Of a stretch of DNA of 64,000 nucleotides, positions 26,875-35,887 are shown piece by piece. The first letter of the stretch is position 1. Each line of letters starts with the position of its first letter. Position numbers and translations under genes: made by a program. The notes under the pieces are model-generated. The model was not told the DNA's origin. It did no database searches and was given only the letters and a program-made list of their open reading frames with translations. The stretch lies in NCBI GenBank assembly GCA_943372135.1, contig CALRXH020000005.1, positions 51,978 through 115,977 of the forward strand, written 5' to 3'. The stretch comes from Maricaulis salignorans. GTDB taxonomy: Bacteria; Pseudomonadota; Alphaproteobacteria; Caulobacterales; Aquidulcibacteraceae.

Positions 26875-29800
26875 TCATTTACCCCCGATAGCTGCCTCGA
26901 TGGCGATGAGGTTGTCGTCGCTGTTGCGGTCTATCCGCTTCACATAGGGGTCTACCCCAGCAAAGCTTGGCTCGGTGCCTGCTGGCAAGGTAAGCACCAC
27001 TTGCTGGCGGCCACTGCGAATGGGTCGGCGTTCAAAGGCCAAGACATTGGCCTTAGTAAAGGCCTCATCCTCGGGCTTTTTGCTAAAAATGCCTACTTCC
27101 CAAGCTTCCGACATCGGGGCCTCGGTCTCTTTACCCTCACCATCGGCATAGAGTTTTTTGGCCTCCACCGTCAGAGTCACTTGCCAGCGACCATCGGGAA
27201 GCTTGACCCGGGTGGCCGCCGTTGTCTTGGCATCAAAGAGGGTGATCTTCTCGAATAAATCGGTAATCAATTGCTGCTTTACCGGGTCTGGCCCGACTTC
27301 TGCCCGCAAATACGCTATGAATTGGGCGCTCGTGGGATAGGGCGCAGCCTTGAAGGCGAACTGGGCGATCACTTTTCGAATGGCCGCATTCACCGGGGCC
27401 TCACCCACTTCGTTGCGCAGGAAATACATCACCAAAGCACCCTTATTATAATGGATGTAGCCTTGGTTCTCGACCCGATTGAGTGGCAATTCTTCGACCA
27501 CTTCGCTGCCGCGTGCTCCGAGATAGGAATCGAGCTCATTCTTTAGGAATTGGCGGACTTGTTCTGGCCCCAACATATCTTCCATCACCAAAAGTGCGCC
27601 ATATTGAGAGAAGCTCTCCGACAATAGGGTCGAGCCCTGCTTATCGCCACCGACAAATTGATGGGCAAACCATTGGTGCGCAATTTCGTGCGCCGTCACG
27701 AAGGTGACAAGATCGATCTTCTTGGGGTCACGATTGGCCTGTAGCCAGCCAATATCCTCGCTAAATGGGACTGTATTGGCGAACGACTGGGCAAAAGTTT
27801 CATAGGCCGGGAATTCCAAAACGCGGAACTGGCGGAATTGATAGGGCGAGAAGCGCTCTGAAAACAGCGTCAGAGACCTATGTGCCGCTTTCTCCATCCG
27901 GTCGAGGTTCGCTGTATGCTTGGGGTGATGGTATAATTCTACCAAGACCGGCTTGCCCGCCACCTGCACTTGCGACCGCTTCACGTCATAGCGGGCCGAC
28001 TGAATCGAGAAGAAGTGGTGGATCGGCGCTTCGGTTACAAACCGACGGGTGATGCGGCCATCCTGTTTCGTCTCTGAAACCTGATAACCTGGTGCGATGG
28101 GGATTTGATCATCATCGGTGCTGACCGTGATATCGGCAGTAACCCAATGGCTGTCTGGCCGCAAATAATGGTGCGCGTCACCCTTGGGGTCTTCCAACTT
28201 ATAGGGACGGCGGTCCGGGTCGAGGCCATATTTGCGCCGTTTTGACCGATCAGTCAGCCAATTGCCGCGCGAAACGCCAAGGATGGGCGTGAGCTCGAAA
28301 TTGTTCAAGAAGGTGCCATTGGCGATCAGACGGCTCTGACCGCTGCCATTGGTAAAGCCCTTACGACCATAGGTGGTTTCAAACGTCACCATACGTTTTT
28401 CGCCCGGGGCCATGGGCGTCTCGAAGCGATAAAGTGTGACATTATGGTCCGGCCAAGCCTTTTCAACGACTACGCCGGGGACCGACAGGCTGGCCCGCTC
28501 TACCGTCGATCTGTCAGGCAGTGCAGCAATCGTGCGCGTCAGGGGTGCACCCGTTTGGTTTTCGATGACATAGCTGCCAGTGACGTCGGCTTGGCGATCC
28601 TTGGGGCGTAAATTGACGCTGAGTTTCACATCCGTGATCGTGGGGCCGGGCATTTCCTCATATTGGGCCAAAGCTTTTTCGGCGTTTGCCAGGCTTTCTT
28701 CACCTGCGACACTCGACTGATAGATGTTGCGCACAGTGGTGTTATAAAAAATCCACCCGCCAAGGCCTGCGAAGACAACAATTGCCGAAGCCAAAACAAG
28801 CCCTGTCGCGCCAACCATCCGGCGCGGGAAGCGTCTGATCCGCGGCATCAAACGGGTCTCTGCCCCCCGACGCCACAGACCGTAAGCCACGATCACCAAG
28901 ACGAGACAGAAGGCCCCCCAATAAAGGTCAAACCACGTTTTGCCGATCCAGAAATGCGCCATGCCGTTAAAGGCGCTTAAGGGTGTGCCGGGGCTGCCAC
29001 CATAATTGTACAAATTGTGCTGGAAGCCCATGCTGGCCAGCGTTATCGAGGCCACAAGATAAACCAAGAGACAGCCCCAACCGACATATTTATTGGGCGA
29101 GAGCGCCTGGAAAAAGACGGCCAGAATAGCAATCTGCAGCCCAGAAATGGTTCCCGGGACAATCCACCAGAGCAAATAGCCCATGGGTTCGAGGCCGGCA
29201 TATCCTTTGAACAACTGCACGCCCATGGCGGCCAACATGCCCACCAAATTAGTCGCCAACAAAACCAGAAAGATCGCCAAGACTTTTGGAAACACAAAGG
29301 CCCAATCGCTAACCGGCGTGGAATCGATGATCTCTGCCATGCGGCGCTCGCGGTCGCGCCACACGAGATCACCGGCGTAAAAGCCCGCGATAATGATAGG
29401 GATGATGGAGAAAGAACCTTGTAAGGCCACGACCATCAGGCGCGTGACCGGCTCAATCGCGGTATTGCGTACCTCATCGGCATACAGCAGGGCACCCATC
29501 GAGTTGAAAAGGCCCAAGACCAACAGCACGAAAAAGGCTGGGCTAAAGATCACGGCTTTCACGTCAAAGGTTGTGCGCGCCCACAATTGTGCCCGGCGGA
29601 CCTGACCGCTGAGGATTGGCGCAATGACGGGGGCACTAGCCACAATGGGGGCAGCGAGAGCCTTACCAGCCTTAGCTGCCTTATCGGCCTTCGCGCCTTT
29701 ACCGCCAGGGCGATAGATGACCAAGGACAGCCCCAAACAGGCTAGAGCCACACTGAGCCAAATGGCGCGGTTTTGCACGAATGTGCCGACAAGCTCGGGC

Positions 29801-30507
29801 AGGCGCGTGTTGCGGTCTGCGGCCGTCCAATATTCAGTTTGGCGGAACAAAGCGCTGACCCCTGTTGGGTCAAAAAGGCCGGCCAAATCCTTCATGTCTG
29901 GCTTGTCGAAGATGATGCCTGTAGTCACCCAAGCAACCAAAATGGCAATCAAACCAAGATAGGCCCCCATCATCGAGCGGGTCGCGGTGGCAAAGCCAAA
30001 CAGCATCGCCCCAAACACAAACAACATAGGCAGGCCGATGATGAAATAAGCAAAGGCATAATGGGCCAAGATGAAGGGGCCAACCTTCTCTTGATCCAGC
30101 CACGGCATCAAAGAGCCGATTAGGATCGCCAGTGGCACCGACAAATAGCCCACCGCCGCAGCCAGCCAGGACCCGGCGAAGCGGCCATAGAGATAGGGAG
30201 CCTTGCCCAATTGGGTAGCACGCAGAATGGGGCCATAGCCGGTCTCATCATCCCGGGTCACCGAATTGGCCACAAAGGCCGTCACAGCAAATAGCGCAAA
30301 AATTCCCATCACCATCGTAGTTTGATTGATGGCAAAGGGGGAATTGATATTCGTATTACCCGTGCCACCAATCTGGATTTCATCCACGGTGACGGCCCCG
30401 AAAGTCAGCAGAAAGAAGAGCGTAAAGCTGACCCATAATACCGGGTTACGAAGCTGGTAGCCGAACTCAAAGCCGGCCACAGACAGGAATTGGCGCAAAG
30501 ATTTCAT
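26875..30507 (-). CDS. ABC-2 type permease fused to an M1-family aminopeptidase
   Basis: Two multi-TM permease halves followed by a soluble domain with HEIAHQWF-x-ESFSQY (HExxH-x18-E) and YIHYNKGALVM. Confidence 0.9.
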   Translation of the reverse strand: MKSLRQFLSVAGFEFGYQLRNPVLWVSFTLFFLLTFGAVTVDEIQIGGTGNTNINSPFAINQTTMVMGIFALFAVTAFVANSVTRDDETGYGPILRATQLGKAPYLYGRFAGSWLAAAVGYLSVPLAILIGSLMPWLDQEKVGPFILAHYAFAYFIIGLPMLFVFGAMLFGFATATRSMMGAYLGLIAILVAWVTTGIIFDKPDMKDLAGLFDPTGVSALFRQTEYWTAADRNTRLPELVGTFVQNRAIWLSVALACLGLSLVIYRPGGKGAKADKAAKAGKALAAPIVASAPVIAPILSGQVRRAQLWARTTFDVKAVIFSPAFFVLLVLGLFNSMGALLYADEVRNTAIEPVTRLMVVALQGSFSIIPIIIAGFYAGDLVWRDRERRMAEIIDSTPVSDWAFVFPKVLAIFLVLLATNLVGMLAAMGVQLFKGYAGLEPMGYLLWWIVPGTISGLQIAILAVFFQALSPNKYVGWGCLLVYLVASITLASMGFQHNLYNYGGSPGTPLSAFNGMAHFWIGKTWFDLYWGAFCLVLVIVAYGLWRRGAETRLMPRIRRFPRRMVGATGLVLASAIVVFAGLGGWIFYNTTVRNIYQSSVAGEESLANAEKALAQYEEMPGPTITDVKLSVNLRPKDRQADVTGSYVIENQTGAPLTRTIAALPDRSTVERASLSVPGVVVEKAWPDHNVTLYRFETPMAPGEKRMVTFETTYGRKGFTNGSGQSRLIANGTFLNNFELTPILGVSRGNWLTDRSKRRKYGLDPDRRPYKLEDPKGDAHHYLRPDSHWVTADITVSTDDDQIPIAPGYQVSETKQDGRITRRFVTEAPIHHFFSIQSARYDVKRSQVQVAGKPVLVELYHHPKHTANLDRMEKAAHRSLTLFSERFSPYQFRQFRVLEFPAYETFAQSFANTVPFSEDIGWLQANRDPKKIDLVTFVTAHEIAHQWFAHQFVGGDKQGSTLLSESFSQYGALLVMEDMLGPEQVRQFLKNELDSYLGARGSEVVEELPLNRVENQGYIHYNKGALVMYFLRNEVGEAPVNAAIRKVIAQFAFKAAPYPTSAQFIAYLRAEVGPDPVKQQLITDLFEKITLFDAKTTAATRVKLPDGRWQVTLTVEAKKLYADGEGKETEAPMSEAWEVGIFSKKPEDEAFTKANVLAFERRPIRSGRQQVVLTLPAGTEPSFAGVDPYVKRIDRNSDDNLIAIEAAIGGK

Positions 30508-30523
30508 GTTGGCTGTCCTGATC

Positions 30524-31402
30524 TCAAGCTGCGGCACGCATAGCGGCTAGGGTTGAGAAATAGACGTCCTCCAGCCCACCCTCGACGGCAATAAAGCCGG
30601 GCTCTGGCTCTTGTTCGGCCAACACATGAATAACGGTCTCGCCGCCGAAGAGGCGCGAGGAAATCACTTGCATCCGTGCTTGATAGTCGGCCAGAGCGGT
30701 GCGTCCGATGGTCTTGCGCCAAACGCGACCGGACAAAGCGTTGGTTAGGTCCTTCGGTGCCCCTTCCGCCACAATCCGCCCACCGGCAAGAATGGCCATC
30801 GCCGGGCACAAATCCGCGACATCTTCCACAATATGGGTCGAGAGGATTACCACCACTTCATCGCCAATCGCGGCGAGCAAATTCAAGAAACGGTTGCGCT
30901 CTTCAGGGTCAAGACCTGCTGTTGGCTCGTCGACGATGATCAGTTTGGGGGCCCCAATCAACGCTTGCGCAATGCCAAAACGTTGCCGCATCCCGCCCGA
31001 AAAACCAGCGATGGCTTTATTGCGCACTTGCCAAAGATTGACCTGGTTCAAGAGACCTTCGACCACTTCCTTGCGCTCTTTGGCACCAGCAAAGCCCTTC
31101 AAAATGGCCATGTGGTTCAACATGTCTTTGGCCGTCACACGCGGGTAGACGCCAAAGTCTTGTGGCAAATAGCCCAAAGTCTCTCGCAAGAGTTCTGGTT
31201 GCTGCAGGACGTCAATCTTGCCAAACTCAATGGCACCAGACGTCGGTGTTTGTAGGGTGGCAATTGTGCGCATCAAGGTCGATTTACCAGCGCCATTGGG
31301 TCCTAACAGGCCATACATGCCAGGAGAAATCGAAAGATTGATGTTATCAAGCGCCTTGACACCATTGCCATACACATGCGTCAGGCCGGAAATCTTCAAC
31401 AT
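30524..31402 (-). CDS. ABC transporter ATP-binding protein
   Basis: GPNGAGKST, FSGGMRQR, IVDEPTAGLDP, LSTH. Confidence 0.95.
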   Translation of the reverse strand: MLKISGLTHVYGNGVKALDNINLSISPGMYGLLGPNGAGKSTLMRTIATLQTPTSGAIEFGKIDVLQQPELLRETLGYLPQDFGVYPRVTAKDMLNHMAILKGFAGAKERKEVVEGLLNQVNLWQVRNKAIAGFSGGMRQRFGIAQALIGAPKLIIVDEPTAGLDPEERNRFLNLLAAIGDEVVVILSTHIVEDVADLCPAMAILAGGRIVAEGAPKDLTNALSGRVWRKTIGRTALADYQARMQVISSRLFGGETVIHVLAEQEPEPGFIAVEGGLEDVYFSTLAAMRAAA

Positions 31403-31551
31403 AGCTGTCCCCCAGTTTGTGGGAAACTAACGCGCAGATTTGAGGGCAGCAAGACCCCTAGATAATTAAATTATCGTCATAAACCTTTGGGATTAGGCAA
31501 GTTTTCTGCGATTTTTTTGCGCCCGTGAGACGCTTTGGATACGGGCCAAGC

Positions 31552-31584
31552 AAAAAGGGCCCAAACCGGTTTGGTTCGGGCCCC
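31552..31584 (-). terminator. Intrinsic terminator of flagellin
   Basis: Minus strand GGGCCCGAACC-AAAC-CGGTTTGGGCCC followed by TTTTT, ~30 nt after the flagellin stop. Confidence 0.8.
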
Positions 31585-31612
31585 TCTTTCAATAGTGGAA
31601 GTTCTAAATCGC

Positions 31613-32443
31613 TTAGCGGAACAGCGACAGAGCCGACTGCGACGAGGTGTTGGCGATTGACAGCGCCTGAATGCCAAGCTGCTGCTTGGTTTGCAGAGCT
31701 TGCAGCTTGGCGCTTTCCTTGGCGAGGTCGGCGTCGACAATGGACCCGATCCCGTTGGTCAAAGCATCTTGCAGCTTGCCAATAAAGGTTTTGTGAACTT
31801 CCAGGCGCCGTGCACCAGCACCCCAGGTCGCCAATTGGGTACCCAGAGCGGTGATAGAAGCGTTCACATTGGTCAAAGCAGTGGCTGAACTGGCAGTGGT
31901 GGTCAAAGCTTCTGCCGCAGTAACGGTCAAAAGTCCGGCCCCCAAATTCAAGTTGGTCCCAGCGATTGTGATGTTGTTCGCAACAGTACCTGCTGCGTCA
32001 CCCAAACCAACCGCGCTGCTTGGCGCGGCACCAATCATGTTGGCACCGTCGAACGAAGCGTTGGATATTACGTTGGTAATTTGATCGCGGAGCTGCACAA
32101 AATCTGCTGCCAAAGCGGCCTGGGCTGCTGTCGAATTACCGGCCAGTGAGCCGGCCAAGGCCTTGCCCTTCATTTCGTTCAGTAGTTCCATAATGCTTTC
32201 ACTGGCTGCAATCGCCGTGTCGAGAATGGAAGTAGCACGGTCGCTTGATTCGCGGACCCGGTCATAAGCCGTCACGTCTGAGCGCATTTTATTGGCAATA
32301 GCCCAGAATGCGGCATTATCTTTTGCTGAGGCAACTTTCAAACCTGTCGAAACCGCGTTCTGGGTTCTATCAAGGTCGTGATTGGTTTCAATAAGATACT
32401 GAAGCGCAACCATGGCGCCTCGATTCGTGTTTACGCTGAGCAT
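31613..32443 (-). CDS. Flagellin (short Caulobacter Flj-type)
   Basis: SVNTN.GAMVALQYL, VSTGLKVASAKDNAAFWAIA, IVDADLAKESAKLQALQTKQQLGIQALSIAN; 276 aa. Confidence 0.95.
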   Translation of the reverse strand: MLSVNTNRGAMVALQYLIETNHDLDRTQNAVSTGLKVASAKDNAAFWAIANKMRSDVTAYDRVRESSDRATSILDTAIAASESIMELLNEMKGKALAGSLAGNSTAAQAALAADFVQLRDQITNVISNASFDGANMIGAAPSSAVGLGDAAGTVANNITIAGTNLNLGAGLLTVTAAEALTTTASSATALTNVNASITALGTQLATWGAGARRLEVHKTFIGKLQDALTNGIGSIVDADLAKESAKLQALQTKQQLGIQALSIANTSSQSALSLFR

Positions 32444-32677
32444 TTCTAGCCCTCATCCATACTGGTTGTCTCTCGCTACGAGCGAGCGGTATTCATTTTG
32501 AACACCTAACCTGCTTACCTGGCAGTTATTAAGCTAGCCCTCAGAAACGTGGTAAACAAAATCTTACTAATACAGAAATGCAGCTTTTTATACATAATGC
32601 GTTTTTTGCAGTCTGGTTTCTTATTTTTAATTATAAAAATCAAACAGATAAAACAATATGGTGATTCTGTTGATTAG

Positions 32678-32693
32678 GCGATGATCCTGCCAA
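32678..32693 (-). promoter_or_regulatory. Possible sigma54 (-24/-12) promoter for flagellin
   Basis: Minus strand TTGGCAGGATCATCGC satisfies GG-N10-GC, beside an AT-rich tract; implied 5' UTR (~220 nt) is long. Confidence 0.3.
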
Positions 32694-32784
32694 TCCAGCA
32701 TGGAGACCGAGGCTTCAGAGGTAAGGGTCTTGCACGCTGGAAAAAACATCAGGTGACTACGAGTTTTTCACTTCCTGCCCAAAC

Positions 32785-33093
32785 TTAATGCTTGCGCACA
32801 AATTCCGCCCGCAACACCAGACCGCGAATGGTGTCATGCTTGCAGTCAATCTCCTGGGCATCGCCGGTCAAACGGATAGAACGAATGATTGTGCCGCGCC
32901 GCAAGGTTTGGCCCGCTCCCTTTACGTCGAGATCCTTGACGAGAACTACGGCGTCGCCGTCTTGGAGAATATTACCAACCCCATCGCGCACCACAATGGC
33001 GTTTTCCGCTTGCGTCCGCGCGGCGAGTTCTGAGGCCAGCATCCAGTCGCCGCTGGCTTCGTCATAGACATAGTCGTCGTCACTCGTGGTCAT
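32785..33093 (-). CDS. PhnA/YjdM-like alkylphosphonate utilization protein (C-terminal domain, no Zn-ribbon cysteines)
   Basis: VRDGVGNILQDGDAVVLVKDLDVKGAGQTLRRGT.IRSIRL...EIDCK...LVLRAEFVRK. Confidence 0.85.
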   Translation of the reverse strand: MTTSDDDYVYDEASGDWMLASELAARTQAENAIVVRDGVGNILQDGDAVVLVKDLDVKGAGQTLRRGTIIRSIRLTGDAQEIDCKHDTIRGLVLRAEFVRKH

Positions 33094-33166
33094 CGCGCAA
33101 TCCTTGGGTCATTACGACAGCCACGTTGACATTTTTAATAGTAGAAGGCAATTTTTAAAAATGATA

Positions 33167-33187
33167 TATGATGTTCAGGACATCATA
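33167..33187. promoter_or_regulatory. Perfect palindromic operator upstream of the XRE gene
   Basis: TATGATGT-TCAGG-ACATCATA, 14 nt before the XRE ATG. Confidence 0.65.
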
Positions 33188-33201
33188 CAGGGTCAATCAC
33201 G

Positions 33202-33444
33202 ATGCTATCGTCTGCCCAACTCAAAGCAGCGCGGGCCCTTTTGGGTATCGACCAGAGCCAACTGGCAACTGCGGCCGGGGTATCCTTGCCGACGATCCAA
33301 CGGATGGAGGCCAGTGACGGCATCGTCCGCGCCCAAGTCGACAGCCTCATGAAGGTATTAAGCGCGCTTGAACGGTTGGGCGTTGAGGTGGTCGGGCCAG
33401 AGCAGCCGAGCAGCGCGCGCGGCAGGGGCGTTAGACTGCGATGA
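33202..33444 (+). CDS. XRE-family HTH transcriptional regulator
   Basis: AQLKAARALLGIDQSQLATAAGVSLPTIQRME...GRGVRLR; stop overlaps the SulP start (ATGA). Confidence 0.9.
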   Translation: MLSSAQLKAARALLGIDQSQLATAAGVSLPTIQRMEASDGIVRAQVDSLMKVLSALERLGVEVVGPEQPSSARGRGVRLR

Positions 33445-34733
33445 CTGAGGTCCCACCTGATCGTGTGCAAACATTTAAGCCAAAACTGATTAGCGTCTTA
33501 CAAGAAGGCTATGGCCTAGTGGCGTTCCGAAAAGACAGCTTAGCGGGAGCCACGGTGGCCGTGGTTGCCCTACCCCTCTCCATGGCCATTGCCATAGCCT
33601 GCGGTTTGCCACCAGAAAAAGGCCTGATCACCGCCGTTGTCGGTGGGCTTATTGTCTCGGTAACAGGGGGCAGCCGGTTTCAAGTTGGTGGCCCGGCCGG
33701 TGCCTTCATCGTGCCCGTAGCCAGCACGCTTGCCACCCATGGGATGGCGGGTCTGATTACGGCCACGTTTCTTTCCGGCCTGTTTTTACTACTGGCAGGC
33801 ATGTTGCGCCTCGGCCGGTTTGTCCGCCTGATCCCCAAAGCCGTGGTGCTGGGCTTTTCCGCCGGGATTGCCGTCATCATTGCGGCAAGCCAGTTGCATG
33901 ACCTCATGGGTCTGCAAGTCCAGAACGAGCCTACCGAATTAGTTCACAAATTGACCACGCTACTGGCGGCGCGCCAGAGCTTTAACGCATCGGCCTTTAC
34001 AGTCGCGCTGGGCACTATGGCACTGATTTTTGCGCTGCGGCGCTGGAAGCCCGCCTTTCCGGGCATGTTGGTCGCCATAACCCTTGCGACCTACGCAGCG
34101 TTTGCTTTGAAGCTACCGGTCGAAACCATATCGGATCGCTTTGGCACCTTGAAGGGGTTATGGCCTTCACCAAGCCTGCCCAAATTGGACTTGGCATTCA
34201 TGATCACACTTTTACCCGCCTCAGCATCCTTTGCGCTTCTTGGGGCCATTGAATCCCTGCTATCAGCCACCGTTGCCGATACGATGGCCAGCCGGCAGCA
34301 TCGACCCGAAGCCGAACTCGTTGCGCAAGGCTTAGCCAATATGGCCGCAGCCCTATTTGGTGGTTTTTGCGTCACGGGCACGATTGCCCGCACTGCCACC
34401 AATATTCGCGCAGGGGCGCATGGTCCGGTCGCCGGTATTATGCATGCCGTTTTTGTCTTGATCGCTTTTCTGGCCCTGATGCCGCTGGCTGGCCACATTC
34501 CGTTCGCCGCACTTGCAGGCATTTTAATGGTCGTGGCGTGGGGCATGATCGAGCGTCACGAGATAACCCTTGTGGCGACAGGCGCGCGGGTGCAAGCTCT
34601 CGCAATGGTGGTTACCTTGGCCTTGGTGGTCTTGGTCGACCTCACCACCGGGATCGCAATGGGCTGCCTTGTGGCCGCGCTGGGCACTTGGATCAGGCGG
34701 GGCCCTCAAATCGCACGCAAGCTCCCAGACTAG
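33441..34733 (+). CDS. SulP/SLC26 family anion transporter lacking the STAS domain
   Basis: DSLAGATVAVVALPLSMAIAIACG, GGSRFQVGGPAGAF, GAIESLLSA, ELVAQGLAN, TGTIARTATNI; ends just after the last TM. Confidence 0.88.
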   Translation: MTEVPPDRVQTFKPKLISVLQEGYGLVAFRKDSLAGATVAVVALPLSMAIAIACGLPPEKGLITAVVGGLIVSVTGGSRFQVGGPAGAFIVPVASTLATHGMAGLITATFLSGLFLLLAGMLRLGRFVRLIPKAVVLGFSAGIAVIIAASQLHDLMGLQVQNEPTELVHKLTTLLAARQSFNASAFTVALGTMALIFALRRWKPAFPGMLVAITLATYAAFALKLPVETISDRFGTLKGLWPSPSLPKLDLAFMITLLPASASFALLGAIESLLSATVADTMASRQHRPEAELVAQGLANMAAALFGGFCVTGTIARTATNIRAGAHGPVAGIMHAVFVLIAFLALMPLAGHIPFAALAGILMVVAWGMIERHEITLVATGARVQALAMVVTLALVVLVDLTTGIAMGCLVAALGTWIRRGPQIARKLPD

Positions 34734-34858
34734 CCCGCAATAGTGGCAATGTAACGCCTCTGCCCCAGACTCTGCCACCGCAAAAACCGGGTTCGAGTGT
34801 GGGCGCTGAAGATGGGGCGGGTGTTGCTGTCAAAAGACTATCTACAGCGGATCTTGTC

Positions 34859-35746
34859 CTAAACTTGCGCCTGTTCGGCCAACCAAAGCGCGCCTAAGAT
34901 ACCTGCATCTAGACCTAGGCCCGCCCCAACAACTTCAAAGCCACCTTCGCCGGGTGCCGCGGTTCCATAGGGACCAATCAAGGCCTTTGCCTTGGCTGCA
35001 ACCCGCTCAACAAGGCCAACGCGCGCCATGACGCCGCCACCAAAAATCACCCTTCTGACGGCGGTAGTCAGCACCAGATTGGCCGCCAGATGGGCCAAAT
35101 AATGCGCCTCAATCTCCCAAGCTGGATGAGCATCGGGCACGTCTGCCGCATCCATGCCCCAGCGCGCGAGGAGGGCGGGTGCCGAGGCCAAGCCTTCAAT
35201 GCAATCGCCATGAAAGGGACACACGCCGGCGAACGCCAAGTCGTCTGGATGCCGGGGCGCACGCATATGGCCGGCCTCTGGATGCATGGTGCCCCAAACC
35301 GCTCTGCCACCCAAAATAATGCCGGCACCAATGCCGGTGCCCACGGTCACATAAGCCACATCGTCCAAACCTTGGCCCGCACCCCAAGCCCGCTCGGCAA
35401 AAGCAGCGGCGGTCACGTCCGTCTCCAACGCAATCGGACAGCCCGTTCCGACCGCCAGTTGACCGGCAACATCGGTACCTGACCAATGCGGCTTGGTGGT
35501 GGTAAGGATATGGCCCCAGCGCGGGCTGGCGGGATTAACCGCCAAAGGACCAAAACAGGCGATTCCGATACGGCTTACCCCAAGGCCTTGCTCTTTATGG
35601 CTGTTGAAAAAGGCTATCGCACGCGCCAAAGTCTCAGTTGGCGTAGTGGTGGGAAAGTTAGTCCGTGCGAGGATGGTGTCTTTGCCCTCAAAGACCGCGC
35701 AGCGCCACGAGGTTCCGCCCGCATCAATTCCGCCAAACTTGCTCAA
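34859..35746 (-). CDS. ROK family sugar kinase (fructokinase-like)
   Basis: GIDAGGT, GIACFGP, TTTKP.W, ETDV.AAA.AE, YVTVGTGIGAG, HPEAGH, CPFHGDCIEGLASAP. Confidence 0.92.
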   Translation of the reverse strand: MSKFGGIDAGGTSWRCAVFEGKDTILARTNFPTTTPTETLARAIAFFNSHKEQGLGVSRIGIACFGPLAVNPASPRWGHILTTTKPHWSGTDVAGQLAVGTGCPIALETDVTAAAFAERAWGAGQGLDDVAYVTVGTGIGAGIILGGRAVWGTMHPEAGHMRAPRHPDDLAFAGVCPFHGDCIEGLASAPALLARWGMDAADVPDAHPAWEIEAHYLAHLAANLVLTTAVRRVIFGGGVMARVGLVERVAAKAKALIGPYGTAAPGEGGFEVVGAGLGLDAGILGALWLAEQAQV

Positions 35747-35887
35747 GCGCCTGCCTTTCTTTGTAAACCGCTCCTATCAGGTCCCCCTCTATCGGGAATT
35801 GGACCGTTGGCAAGGGTGGCTAGCGAAACCGATCTCCTCGATCCATGCGAAGCAAAATCTCCGGCATGATTTGGGACAAAATTTGCG

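Noticed and set aside
26197-26875. tRNA-Arg as the integration site of a genomic island
   Set aside because: No integrase or transposase in the window and no duplicated tRNA 3' end was seen; downstream genes look like ordinary chromosomal content.
32519-32576. Plus-strand GG-N10-GC element and a CtrA-like GTAA-N7-CTTA near flagellin
   Set aside because: The first points away from flagellin; the second has several mismatches to TTAA-N7-TTAA. Both are expected by chance in AT-rich DNA.
32785-33093. phnA as phosphonoacetate hydrolase
   Set aside because: That enzyme is a ~400-aa alkaline-phosphatase-superfamily protein; this 102-aa ORF belongs to the unrelated YjdM-like family, so no gene symbol was given.
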